A stretch of DNA of 64,000 nt from Octopus sinensis (Eukaryota), in the NCBI RefSeq assembly GCF_006345805.1, contig NC_042999.1, positions 71,238,001 through 71,302,000 of the forward strand, read 5' to 3'. Positions 26,336-41,900 of this stretch are shown here, in pieces. Under the pieces are notes generated by a model. It did no database searches. It was not told the origin of the DNA and saw only the letters and a program-made list of their open reading frames with translations. Numbering within the stretch: position 1 is the first letter of the stretch; each line of letters begins with the position of its first letter. A program made the translations under genes and the position numbers.

Positions 26336-27552
26336 CAGCAAAATTTAGATTCAGATGATATGGTACTTAAGTTAAAGACACCAGAATTTGGTATGGTATT
26401 ATCCATATAAATCAAATGGGGTGATTATAATCAAAATAAGCAACAAGGATATCCAAGGTACAATCGTTTCATGCTACTTCATTTAATTAAACAATGTAAG
26501 TATTACATCAGTTTTAAAATGTAGAGCACCCTTCAGCCACATATAGAATTTTTTAATTAAATTGACAATGTTCATTTTTATACATATTCCATTTGCCAAC
26601 ATTACAAAGAGGGTAGATATATAGACAGAGATGTTAATTTCATCATTATGAACATGGTAGTAGAAGGTCCTTCTCCATGGGTAGATTTTTTATCACTGAG
26701 TTCACTTTGTTATTTATATTTATCAATGGGGAGGGTTTTTTTTATTTGGTTCAGTGGAGACAAACAAGAATTTTTTCTATTTATAGATAGAGGAAGGGGT
26801 AGTACAAATGTCAGAGCCATAAATCCAACCCTATTATGAGAAATTCAACTATGGCATAGTTGAATGTATTTTAGCTAAAGTTAGTAGGCTGAAGCTAGTG
26901 GGGTAGGGAGAATAGAGACTACTAACCCTCTAGAGATTTCTAACGTTCTTAACCATTTAACAACCATAATCCTGCTTGTGATTTTAAATAAATATCCTTT
27001 AGATAGTTTTTTTCCAAAGGATTCTAATAAATTTTAGTATCTTATATAGGGATGGAAAATATAGAAATCATTTCATATTTATATAAATATATATATATCA
27101 GATTTTTATTAATGTAGATTTATAGTTAGTTAGTAAATAGTGGTTATTTTTATTAATGAGTTAAATTAAAAGAATATGCTAGACATAATATTTATTACCT
27201 GTAAAAGAAAACCTTATCAATTAGCCCATATATCAAGAGCCTATAAGATATATTAAAATATAATGGAAGGGAGGTAATCAAGATGAACTAAACTTTTCCA
27301 TTCTTCCAGAGCATTAAATTTTGTTCCTACCCTTTTCTTCGTCTGTTTGTTTTCTGTAAATTTGATATATATATATGTATGTATGTATATATATATCAAC
27401 CTTGTAAGGGATACTTATATCCAATGAATAGACTGGTGTGTTACCTATTTTTAACTATGAGCATTAGTGTTAGTGCTCATAAATGATAGATAATGACAAA
27501 AATTATCTACAGTTTACCAATATTCAAGGAAAACAGAAAATGGAGATACAAA

Positions 27553-27660
27553 TGATGAATAACAATTGATTTACATCAATTATAATTCATTAATTAATTA
27601 CATGTCTTTGTATAATTAATTGATAAGTGATAATTGATGTATATCAATCGTTATTCATCA
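27553..27660. repeat. ~108-bp hairpin
   Basis: tgatgaataacaattgatttacatcaattat / ataattgatgtatatcaatcgttattcatca (31-bp arms, 2 mismatches), with further imperfect pairing inside. Confidence 0.85.
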
Positions 27661-27694
27661 ATTATACATACATACATACATACATACATCATAC

Positions 27695-27729
<35 letters not shown>

Positions 27730-27751
27730 ATATATATATATATATAATATA

Positions 27752-27805
<54 letters not shown>

Positions 27806-27812
27806 TATATAT

Positions 27813-29746
27813 AACGGGAAGCTTTATGAAAATAGACAAAAGACGAAGGCAGGTGGAAAACAAACAAACAATTGTATTAGTATGGCGCTCAGGAAATATA
27901 AATAAAACAAGTCTTTAACGTTTCGAGCCTACGCTCTTCAACAGAAAGATACACAGAGAGAAAAAAACACAGAAAGAAGGAGAGAAAAAAATGCGTGCAG
28001 TAACTAACGAATCAACATGGCGATCTGATTTCGGCCAGAGGTCAAAGATCAAACATGAGACGCGAGAGCGAAATAAGGGGAGATAATAGGGTTGATAATA
28101 GGGTTGAATGACCCTAGGTCTGGACAGGCGTATGTATGGGGTTGGTGTATGTATTAGTATGTATTAGTATGTATTAGTACGTATTAGTATGTATAAGTGT
28201 GTGTGTGTGTGTATGATAGAGTATAAGTGCGTATGAGGGGTCTGGACGTGTGTATGTATAGGGTTGGTGTATGTATTAGTATGTATTAGTACATATTAGT
28301 ATGTATTAGTTGGTGTATGTATTAGTATGTCACATCATATATGATGTGATGTGTAAAGTCGTGTGGTGTAGTGAGGAGAAGAGGGGGAGGGGGAGAAGGG
28401 GAGGGGAGAGAAGGGGAGGGGAAGAAGAGGGGGAGGAGAGGAAGGGGAGAGAGAAGGGGAGTGAGGGAGCAGAGGGAAGAGGGAAGGAGGGAGGGAGAAA
28501 GAGGGAAGAAGGGAAGGGGAGTAGGGGTGAAAGGATGAAGGACTGAAGAAGTAGGGGTCGGGGGGGAAGGATAGGTGAGGAGGGGGGGAGAGGGGGGTTA
28601 GATGAGGAGGGGGGAGAGAGGGGGGGTTAGATGAGGAGGGGGGAGAGTTGAGACCAAATGGCGTATAAGAGCGAAGAGAGAAGATTAATTCCTGTTCACG
28701 GCGCAAACGGGAATCCGGATGGCCTCTGTGTAAGGACAAACCGAACACAGATAGGTGTTGCAAGGAGTGACCGGTGGAGCGGAAATGGCGTGAGACCGGT
28801 GTGTCGTTCGCAAGGTGGATGTCACGAAGGTGTTCTGCGAACCGGTCAGCCAAGCGGCGTCCGTTTGTCCGATGTACAAGGAATTGCAGAGAGAGCAAGA
28901 GACGCAATAGATAATATTGCTGGAGGTGCAGGTGAAGGAGTGGATGATGGGATAGGGTCGATGGTGGGTGCTAGTGAGGCGGGTGGTGTTGGAGAGGTAA
29001 GGGCAAGTGCGGCAACGTGGGCGGGAGCAGGGGAACAAGCCGGGTTGGGAGGTAGGGTCAGGGAAGGAGCTATGGACCAAACGGTCTCGAAGGTTGTGGG
29101 CTCGTTTGAAAGAGGGGAGGGGTCGGTTAGGGAAGAGGTGTGAAGTGGACGGGTCGGACTGGAGATGACGGAAAGCTCGAAGAATGGTGCGTTGGAGACG
29201 TAGGGTCGTGGGGTGGTAAGTGAGGGGAAAAGGGAGGCGGGAGACTACAGGGCGGGTTCGGGGAGAGAGAGCAGATACACGGTCCACGGACCGTGCTCTG
29301 GCAAGGGCGGTGTGGATAGTGGTGAGGGGGTATCCACGTAGGGTGAAGTGGTGAGCCATACGTTGAGACTGAGTCTCAAAGTCATGGTCGTCACTACAGA
29401 GCCTACGTAGACGGAGGGATTGGGAATAGGGGATGGAAAGCTTGGTGTGTTCTGGGTGGGAGGAAGAGAAGTTGAGGTATGAGTGTGAGTCTGTGTGTTT
29501 GTAGTGAATGGAGGTGGTAAGAGTGGAGTGAAGAATGCTAACCGAAATGTCGAGGAAGGAGACAGAGGTGTTGGAGATAGTGGAAGTGAAGTGGAGGGCT
29601 GGATGGAAAGATTGGACGAAAGAGAGGAAGGAATCTAGATGTTCACGGGAGAGTGAGGTGGCACCGATAATGTCGTCAATGTAACGACCATATAGTTCAG
29701 GAGTGGGACCAGTGAAATTAGAGAATATTTGGGCCTCAACATAGCA
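27813..29746 (-). mobile_element. 5'-truncated Penelope-like retroelement inserted in (TA)n
   Basis: RT and GIY-YIG coding region, 3' UTR with a 10-bp minisatellite, terminal region with a hammerhead-like motif near 27911-27949; (TA)n at both ends. Confidence 0.9.
28640..29745 (-). pseudogene. Penelope-like RT C-terminal half + GIY-YIG endonuclease (truncated, one frameshift near 28866)
   Basis: YGRYIDDI, FLDISV, SHPEHTKLSIPYSQ, CSRPRCRTC, NIIYCVSCSLCNSLYIGQT / RLADRFAEH..RREQELIFSL..GLN. Confidence 0.92.
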
Positions 29747-29833
29747 TATATATATATATATATAATATAATACGTAAAATTGTATATATATAATACCATA
29801 CGTAAAATACCTAACGGTATATCTTTTTCTATG

Positions 29834-29914
29834 CCTCTGAAGAGATTTCACCTAATATAATGATTTTAGTAATTGCTATTGAATCTGTTAGGCTGAACTG
29901 AAACAGCTGTAAGG
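29834..29914 (+). ncRNA. Hammerhead-like motif with extended stem II
   Basis: CCT-CTGAAGA-(ttcacctaa..ttaggctgaa)-GAAA-CAGCTG-TA-AGG; palindromic helix III as in PLE hammerheads. Confidence 0.6.
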
Positions 29915-30736
29915 GACTATGTTTGATTTTTGCAGGTAATAAATTTCTATTATATATAAATACACACACATACCATAAGCTTCGTTTTGCCTTACAAGGC
30001 ATTAACCACATTAACCAGCTCAGGAATATTGTAAGAAATCACTGCCCAAGGTACCACGCAGTGAGACCGAGCTATTCCATTTTCTGCTACATTGTAAAAT
30101 AGTTGAAACTTCTGAACTAATTTTTATAAAATTGGTTTAACTACTTAATCCATTATCCAGTGTGCTTAACCTGTTTTGAATAAGGCAAAGTGTGCTTGAG
30201 AGTGACATGAATTTCTTACTTTGAGCAGATTTTCATTAACACATGCGTGACTGTATTTTTTTTTAATCACGTGTAAACTAAACTAGATCTCCTATGATCG
30301 AACGATCACATATATACACGTGTAAATAGTTGCATATTATCCACGCATAGATTTACACACATATGTACCCACATGCGTAAACTAACATTGCAGCCATCCC
30401 ATCTGATTTCAATTCTACCCATCGCTCCAAATACAACCTCCACTCCTTTCCATCATTCCACTTATAAACTCTGCATTCTTTATTTGCTAATCTAAATTCC
30501 CACCCACACCGTCGCCAAATTTAATATCGCCTCCCTCTCTCCCTCCCTCCATCTCTTGTACAAACACTACCGATTCGACTGCTCCACCTCCGCCATACTG
30601 ACGTAGGCTGCCTTCGCCATCTTCGTTACCATTGTTACCACCATCATTATCGCAATCCTAACAAGTTCCACTACCACCTTACCCTACGTGACCCTGCCAA
30701 CAGCATAGCTACCACTCCCGCTGCTACGACAATTTA

Positions 30737-30758
30737 CCATCACCACCATCATCATCAC

Positions 30759-30830
<72 letters not shown>

Positions 30831-31108
30831 AAATCCTCGTCGTCTCTATCGCTCTAAAAACAGAACTTCCAAAACAATCGCCAACTCCACCATCAAAAGC
30901 CTCGCTACAATTGCATCCGCCATTACGGCTACTATTGGTATTGCGGTTGCTGCTACTGTCGTTGCTGCTGCTACATCAACAATAAAAAAAGCTACAACTA
31001 AAAATGTCACCACCACTACCACCACCACCACCATCACCACCACCACCACCACCAACACCACCACCACCACCGCCTGCTACTACTACCATCCCACACCAAC
31101 ACCACCAT

Positions 31109-31144
<36 letters not shown>
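30737..31144. repeat. Trinucleotide tracts (CAT)n, (CAC)n, (TAC)n
   Basis: Direct reading. Confidence 0.9.
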
Positions 31145-31930
31145 GTTTGATAACAAATGAAGTAAACCTAAACCACGCCCCCATGTTCCCTCCATTCTAT
31201 CCTTGCATTTCATTTCAGCTTTTTTCTCTCCGTTCCTTCCTTCTTTCCTTCATTACTTTCTCTTCACTCTTTTCCTCGTTGTTTTCTTTTGTCTTTTAAT
31301 CCATGTTTTCTTCACCACGTTTATTCTCTATTTGTTTTCCGTCCGTCGGTTTGCTAAACACAGCAATCAAATATTCCTTAAACCACATCCTATTGTCTAA
31401 AAAATAGAATATAATAAAATAAAGAAAAAAGACATTCGATAATTTTTTTTTTTTTTTGGAGACGTTACTATTAGAATAAGGCGTGATGATCATGACTGGA
31501 ATACCGTTGATCACAGAACTGCAGTTAGAAATGAACTAGTGTTAAACGATAGGTACAATAGTTGGTTTGTTTTGGTTTGTTTTTGGCCTAGGTAAAAGCA
31601 ATAGAGAGAATAAATACCAAACTTAAAAAATAAGGTCTGTGAGCAATTTGTTAGACTAAATCACTCAAAGTGGTGCTCCAGCATTGCCACAGTCCAGTGA
31701 CAGAAACGAATAACATAGAAAAAGGGAAATACATTCAACGAATTTTCGTCTTTAAAATCTGCTGGTCAGTGTTTTAATCGAAAAAAAAAAAAAGAAAATG
31801 GACGACGTGTTAAAGCAGTGGAAAGAACGCATTGCACAGTTTATAGTGGCTCATAACCTGAGTTCAAATCTCGCTGAAGTCAAAACTGCCTTCCATCCTT
31901 ACGGAGTAGATAAATAAGCGTTGAGGGCGA

Positions 31931-32420
31931 TTCTTCTTCTTCTTCTTCTTCTTCTTCTTCTTCTTCTTCTTCTTCTCTTCTTCTTCATCTTCCTCTTCTT
32001 CGTCTTCTTCTTCTTCTTCTTCTTCTTCTTCTTCTTCTTCTTCTTTCACCTTCATTCACTTGCTCTCTTTGCTGCGCTGTGAGGGAACCCTAGCAGATGA
32101 TCCACAGAGCCTGCGATAAGACAGGGGATCCTACCGACATTGAGTGTATAGTCTGAGTTTGAACGATCTGATCTACTTACATTCCATGTGTTGATGGTTA
32201 CACACGATACAGAAAGTTTGTTGTCGGGGAAGACTGTTTACAGGGTAGTAATTATGAAGGAGAAATAACTGATCAAAGTTTTTTTTTTATAACATCTAAG
32301 AAGTGAGGAGAATAAATGTTTGGGACGGATCGAACGGTTGGACTAGACGTAGAGTACAGTAAAGACATGATTCAGCGGAGCAGAGGCTGTTCTAGCCACA
32401 ACGAATCTGTATGCTGCTAG
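31931..32420 (-). mobile_element. Probable L2/Crack-type LINE 3' remnant ending in (GAA)n
   Basis: Minus strand has a disrupted LWNSLP-like motif, then a short UTR running into the (GAA)n tract at 31931-32045. Confidence 0.4.
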
Positions 32421-32591
32421 TTTGTAGTGTGTTGAATTGGCTATTTTTGTATATCTGATAAGACTACGATCTATATTTATATGGTTTTTACAAACTTTTT
32501 TAGTTTTCTTTTTAACAACTTCTATATTCCTTTCTGTGTTTCGTTTTCCTTTTGTTCGTTCCTATTTTTTCTCTTATTCTTCTTGCAGTTT

Positions 32592-32661
<70 letters not shown>

Positions 32662-34086
32662 CTTTTTGTCTCTTTCCTATACTTTCTTTTTCCCCTTTTC
32701 ATGCTTTCTCCACATGCCCATTATTTTATTTTTTCTTTTATCTTTCTTTTCATTCTTTTCATTCTCTTTTTCTGCTCTTATTTTCCTTACAATTTTCTCT
32801 TCTGTTCTTATCAATTTCATCCGTTCATTATATTTGTTTTTCTTTGTTTTGTGTCTTTTCCAATCTACATACAAATGAACCGACAGGAAAACCTCTAGGT
32901 GTTCACTCAATTTGCTAGTAATAGCTGTCGAATTTCTCTCTGATAACAGTCCACCTTTTTAAAGAAGAACACGAACACGTTGGATAATGTTGTCCAAGGT
33001 ACACTAACGCAGAAAACGTTTAGCAAATAGAATGCATTTGATCATAGGTTTGCTCGATCAGGGCCAAGTTGGCGTTAAACAACAAAAGTAAGAACAAGAA
33101 CACCAAGAGGAAGAAGAAGAAGAAGAAGAAGAAGAAGAAGAAGAAGAATGTACCTGTATAGCTACAGTAAAGCTTTGAGTTAATTGAGTAAGGTCCTAAC
33201 GTTAAATCGTAGGTAACCTGAAATTTACACCGACCTCGAAAAGGAGGGAGAGCAAAGTTCACTTCGGTGAAAGAAACTTACGTAAATCATAGAAACGCGA
33301 ATGAAATTGATTTCAAAAGGAAAGGCGTCTACTATGAAAATGTAATTTATCAAATTTTCTTCTTCTTCTTCTTCTTATTATTATTATTTTGTGATTTTAA
33401 AACGCCCTAAAAAAGACATTGGTACATAACTTGATAGAAAACATAAGTGTCATACTTTTCACATATTTTTCATAATATTATCAAACCAAATATATGTTCA
33501 CAGTTCTTAAAAATACAGGTTTTGGTAAGAATTCCATGTGTGAATGTCTGCATTTGTCCTAAGTAACCCAAGTTCTGCTTATTTATGAATGTAGCACACT
33601 GGTCAATGTAACACATTGGTATACTGGTTAACTCTAGTTAGTTTAATTTCTATACATCTGTAATAAAATATCCAAATATGCTAATTATATATTCATCGCT
33701 CAATATGCAAATTAGGCAACACGTTTTTAGAAATTTGCAACACCATTACTTTCTTTATTGTATTTATTATATGTTTGTCCTGTTTCGATATACTGAATTT
33801 GTCAGTAGTAACTTTTATGTAATTAGATATATTGTTAATCTTTCGGCCTTTTCTTTGTATACTAGTTCTATTGTATAGAAAGTCTGAGAGTCCGTAATTT
33901 TTTCAAATTGGTAAAAAAATATGCTGTAAGCCGTACCCCTGCATGTCCCCAGTCCAGTGACTGAATTAAGCAACAGGTAAAGTAAAAGGTAAAGGATAAC
34001 TGAAATATGCTAGGTGGTAGAAGTAATCGTAACTCTGCCTCATGAAGCTATTTTTGAAAGATAGACATGTAACAGATATCAATTGC

Positions 34087-34248
34087 AGAAATCAATTGCC
34101 TTAAATTGAGAAACCACGCCTTGCCCAAATCAGTATTCTTTAGGCTTACACTATGCGCCTTATACACCTGTATAAGGCATATAGAGTAAGCCTAAAGAAT
34201 ACTGTTTTGGGCGAGGCGTGGTTACTCAATTTAAGGCAATTGATTTCT
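34087..34248. repeat. Near-perfect ~162-bp palindrome
   Basis: agaaatcaattgccttaaattgag..ccttataca-cc-tgtataagg..ctcaatttaaggcaattgatttct, few mismatches. Confidence 0.95.
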
Positions 34249-35149
34249 ATGCATTCCTTCTGGAACACATAGAAATTAAGAAAATTATAAATTAAAAAAA
34301 TTCATCTGCATAAGCTACTGCTGTTAAAACTCTCTACTATAAGCAATAAATATACAGAACCTGTTTGACAGGTTTTTCGTTTTTGGAATGAAATATATAA
34401 TGAGCATAAAGATCATTCAATGTTGTGGGCTGGATTAAAGCATAAACCAGAACTCTAGGGCCGGATATGGACAATTATTCAATCTAAACCCTACATTCTC
34501 AAGTAAATATATAAAGAGGACAATATACACTAAAAAAATTGTATTAACAATAAAGAAAGAAAAACTTGTGAGCTGCCAGTTATGTGTGCATTCAGAGATG
34601 GATGGTAAAATCTCCCCTGCATGGTTTGTATGCAGTACTGTTAGAATTAGAACATAGTTAGAAATATCTCTGGCTGGGGACCTCAGATATTGGATGATCT
34701 CAAGCTAAACGAGTGTACTACAATGGTAAAAATCCGCACTATGAATCAAACTGTGCCTGTTGAAAAATGGATTAAAGGAAACTTAGATCGTTTCCCCTAT
34801 TCAATCATCGTGACCAGGATAAGGTTCAAAAGTTAGATACTGGACCAAGCTCAATACAAGATTGACTAGAGAAACTCCTCGTCGAGGATACCTTTCATTG
34901 AGGGCATCTAGTAACATCTGATCCTCCAGAAACGAAATTAAAAATGAGAATCGGATACAAAAGAATCTAGTGTATACTTCTGGTATACACTAGATGGCAA
35001 ATCTACTGCAGATAGTACAGAGAACCAAAGAAACTATCCACGCTGAGGACAAACTTACATTTAACAAATATCAATGAACTAAGATGTTATCCTACATTAG
35101 TAACAATAGAAGTGATGGTTAGAGTAATAAAGCAGAAATCCCAAAATTA

Positions 35150-36090
35150 AAGGAAGTAACCACTATGAATCGATAGGATCGAGAAGATAAGGAGGTTACA
35201 CGAAGACCTATTTCTCCTGAGTGAAATGGAAAAAAGGTACAATTGCCAATAAATAGAAAAAGGAAACAACTAAAGCGAAGGTTCAACATAAGATTGTTGA
35301 TTGATATAACATCAGCGAAAGAAGCACTAATACAAAACAATAAGAGCACTGAAGAAGATGCAAAAGAAGGTCTAAAGAGATATTATAGGTTAGAAACAAA
35401 AATAGAATTCAACCAACCAACCAACCAACTAACTAACCACTTACAAGTGAAAAAAAAATGCTGAAAATTTTTGGAGCAACATATGAGAAAGTGAAATACA
35501 CGAAAGAGAATTAAAATAATATAAATAGCCGCGTATGGTCAAATATAAGCATCACTGAAAATTCAAATGTTATCAAGTCGATTAAGAATTAGAAGTTACC
35601 TGGTCTTGAGGGGATTGTAAATTTCTGGAGAAAATATTTGTCATATATTCGCCAGGATCTAACTAATGAGTACAACCTCATAGCAAAAAAATCCCGGTAA
35701 TTGTCCGTACTGGCTTACACAAAAGATAATTTCACTGCTTACTAAGAATTAATATACAGAAACATTGAAAAAAAAACTATAAATCTCTTACATGTCTACA
35801 ACCGAAATATGTATCCTCACCTTTATTACCACACAAAAGACCTCTATTTCTGTAACCAACAGATAAGAAAGGATGTGGAAGGAGAAGATATAGATGCAAA
35901 GATCAGTTGTTCATAAAACCCAGATAGTGTACCAAATACTTTGATATTGAAGAGCTTTATGACTAAAAAAATCTATAACAAAAATTTTCATAAAAGTGAC
36001 TATGAATAATTGGAAAATAACTCTATATCTAAACCATAATAAAGAGTCAGTACAGTCATGGCACATCAAATTTGATGTACGGTGAATGGG
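35150..36090 (+). pseudogene. Decayed R4/Dong-like non-LTR retrotransposon RT N-terminal remnant
   Basis: KRKQLKRRFNI..KEALIQ..LKRY, KNYKSLTCL (YRPITCL-like), KKGCGRRRYRCKDQLFI (EQKGC..GCKDQL-like); many stops. Confidence 0.65.
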
Positions 36091-36680
36091 TTACTCCTCA
36101 TGATTTTTTTGCACGCTCTCTTGGAGCGTGTTCATTTATTTTAATCTTTGTTAAATTTTCTTGTATTTTTCTCTGTCTTTAGCAATCCCTCACTCTAGCT
36201 CGTTCCCCATCTCCCCCACATTATCGCAAGAAAACGAAGCACCGCTGCTAATCATGGCCAGAAGGGGAGTTCGTGAAATTCATATTTGTCTTTTGGGACC
36301 ACAGACTAAGTTAAAACCCTTCAGTGTTTTCGGAGCTGTGTTATTTAACCATACTTATTCTTTCTGGACTTACAGAAAAGATAACCATATTATATTTGTC
36401 ATTTGAAAAAGAATCATTTTAAAAAGAATGATACTGATCGAAATGATAATGATACATCTTTTGACGGCTGAGAAAAGTCTCGTGCTGAAAAACATGAAAA
36501 TTCTGTGAATTATCTAAACAAAAGTACTTCTTACTATGTACGTCCAAGAACTTCATGAACGCCATAATTTCTCCACTTACTAGGAACTGCTCTTATGTAG
36601 TCTAATGAATGAGTCATGATTCAGACATGAAATTATAGCAATAATATATCAGCCCAGATAATGACTATATCAATATCAAT

Positions 36681-36701
36681 ATCTATCTATCTATCTATCT
36701 A

Positions 36702-36775
<74 letters not shown>
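36681..36775. repeat. (TATC)n microsatellite
   Basis: Direct reading. Confidence 0.95.
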
Positions 36776-38601
<1,826 letters not shown>

Positions 38602-38794
38602 TTGTCTCTCTGTCTTATATAGTTACGTACACTCATACATATACATATTTATACAATTGCATACTAATTTCTCCATGTCAATTACTTTAGAGTATGATTG
38701 TATGTGCGTGTATGTGTGTATGCGTGCGGGGTGTGTGTACGCGTGCGTATCCGTGTGCGTGTGTATGTATATCCATGTGTGTTTTTACGTGTGT

Positions 38795-38832
<38 letters not shown>

Positions 38833-39849
38833 ACGTTTGTGTGCATGTATTTAGAGTGTTTATTCTTGTTCATGAATTTCTGTTTAGGCTATATTCACTC
38901 ACACACATGTACACGCATAGCTGTATATATGTATACATATATATATATATATCTACATGTGTGTTTGTGTGTGAGTGTGTATGTGGGTGAGTGTGTGTAT
39001 GTGGGTGTTTGTTTGTATGTGTGTGAGTGTGTGTGTGCATGAACATATTATACATATATATGTAGACATATATAGAGATAATTACAGCGCAAATATAACG
39101 AGAGAACAAAGAATTGCTCGACGTCTAATGAACAAATTGAATTTTCAAAGCTGTAATATGATAAGATATAAATAATGTCTTAAATAACTTGACACCTCAA
39201 AGTTCAAATTGTATATAACATGATATGTTCCCACGTATCGTTTCATTTAGACCATAGATATTTATACACACGAACAAGCACATACGTATCCATGTACGCA
39301 CACATACACGCACGTATGCATTCACACATATCGAATTCAAATTATCTTAGATGAAGAATGCACTTTTCTTATTATGTCTGTGTTAAACTGCTGACATTTG
39401 CTTCGAGGCGCGACGGAAAGTGTTATTCCGATGAGAGCAACTTGTGGTGAAAACATGTTCATAGCTATTTAGCGCCCCTGAAACAAAAAAAAAAAGAAAG
39501 GAAAAAGAGCAGATGGTGTTCGTTTTTGCCTTTTCAATAGTGAATTTATTCTTAACTATTTGCAATTATCTTCCCCTTTTCATACATAATCATAAATAAT
39601 TGCTGTTAGGGAATAAAAGTCCCCGAAAGAAGTTTCATAAGGAAAATAAATATCGTATACGGCATTCAGTAAAACTTCCGTTGACTTTGTGATTTAAATT
39701 CATGTCACTGGCTTCTGTAACATCCTTGTACTTTTATTTATGCATAAGAATGATAATATCCAATGCATGAAGCAGAGAGAAATATATATAAGTATACAGA
39801 AGATATATATTTACCTTTTTTATGTCAATTATGCAAGCGGTATACATTA

Positions 39850-41900
39850 AATATGTCCCAGAAGGAAAGACCAATGAGTACAAATGTATAAATTCCCAAA
39901 GAATGGAGAGGTCTTATGACATGTAGAGCACAGTCTGTTAATTGACAGTTAAGGTCAATTAAGAGACACTGAGCAATCCTGCCTAATAAGAACATTCCAA
40001 GAAACACAGTACAAAATCAGGCATTCTCATGATTGGGAAAAATCAGAAAGAGAAAATAGAGTTATAAAGGATACCAAATAGATCAGATAGAAACTCAAAA
40101 CTATAGAGGATATATAAAAAAACACGAAAATTGTCTACAAATTTACTCGAGAATCATTCATAGTATATCGCTTACTAAAAAGAATAAGTGAAATACTTAA
40201 TGAGTTACTCAGAGGTGTTTCCATTTCCCCACTTGAACGCATGCAGGCAAAGAAGCCAGAGAGGTTCTTTGGCGCAATAATTCTATACAGCAAGCTGATA
40301 AGCAACGAATATATCGATATAAAAGAGATATATGTAATATCAGTCATAGAGGAAATGAACTGAAATGCATCGAGCCCCGACGGATTTCTTTCAAGCCTTC
40401 TAAAAACATGTAAACAAGCCACTCTAGATACTCTTTCAAACTTCTGGCAAGTGGAAAATCCCTGAAAAATGTTGAAGGAATGTATAATATGCTCTGTGTA
40501 TAAAAATGGAAGCAGTGTTGTCGCTAAAAATTACAGGCCTGTCTCTTTGATTTCAAATATCGGTAAAATCTTGGGACGAATTATTTGACCAAAACTGATC
40601 AGATTCTTAGAAGAAAATTACTTGCTGGCATTCACCCTGGTAGAAGCTTCCATACAGCTCTATGACTTGGTGCTAAAACAGTTGCTCAATCATTTGACAA
40701 TCGACGTTTTATAATATCAGATTAGCGAAAACCTTCGATAAAGTTGACTATAGGGTGGTGTGATGCTAACCCGGAAAACGTAGGAGAGTGACTTCTAGAC
40801 ATGTCAAGAGACAGAAACAGAGACAGAAACTCTTTCAGTGAAACATCAATTTTAAGTGATATCTCACAGGGAAGTGTCTTGGGATGGGGCATTGCTGTTT
40901 GCAGTCGTTCACTCAACTATGTCATCACTTATAGAAACAGCGACTCTCACCAGATATGCGGTTGATACAAAAGTATTTGAAACAATAAAGAATCCCGGGT
41001 GATACTGAAAATCTGCAGCAGGACCTCAATGAAATCTACAAGTCGGCTCAAGATAGTAACGTTCCCTTTGACGCTTGAACATTCTGAATTCTTTGCTATC
41101 AGGCTACCAACACTTCACAACCAAGTTGCACGGAGTGTAATTACAGAGTCGCAATATGTACATGACTGGGGAATAGACTTGAGTAATGATGCATTTTTTC
41201 ATCTACACTTTACCAAAACCGCAATGATGTTCTATGGAAGAGCTGGACAGATTCTCAGATCATTCAATGTAACAGAGTAGGAATCCTCTCTGCTTTGGGG
41301 GAGGGCATTTATCTCCAGTCGCCTGAACTACTGCTCATAACTATGGTCGCTAAGCAATATTAACCTAGCAACAGACCAAGAAACATTCCAACAATACATC
41401 ATGAAGATGCAACAGCTGAGGTACTGGAAGAGACTGAAACAGTAAAACTCTACTTCAATGAGAGAAAATAGGAAATTAATGTATTAACCTATACATGGTA
41501 AACCCTTGAAGGACTCGTTCCAAACTTCGGTATTGATAACTATATCAATCACCGAACCGGCATCCTTTGCATAGTCCTGAAGGTCTCACACATACTCACT
41601 GAAAACCAAGACTACATAGTGCAACGCTCTAAGGTTCAAAGACATACATCTTTTTAATATCTTACAAACACCCATCTACCCTCGAAAACTGATAATTCTA
41701 AATGGAATGGATGTAAATATATTCAAGAAGCACCTGGATATTCTAATATCTGCAATTGCGGACAAACCACCCTCACAACGAGAAATGCAACTGGGGAAGC
41801 ATGTAGAAAACTTCCTTATTTTATTGATGAAGTAGTACCAATTGCATATACCGTGCTCCACTATGGCCACTTGCCTCAGATTGGAACTAATAAAAGAATT
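39850..41900 (+). mobile_element. Old, heavily mutated CR1/L2-type LINE
   Basis: KNYRPVSLISNIGKI, KTFDKVD, ISQGSVLG, YAVDTKV, LEGLVPNFG in broken frames; tail ctatggccac..ggaactaataaaagaa. Confidence 0.85.

Noticed and set aside
29746-29851. N-terminal part of the 388-aa ORF 28685-29851
   Set aside because: Read-through of flanking DNA and (TA)n; Penelope homology starts only near 29745.
34420-34960. Possible LINE ORF1 remnant
   Set aside because: Too degraded; no intact zinc-knuckle or RRM motif readable.
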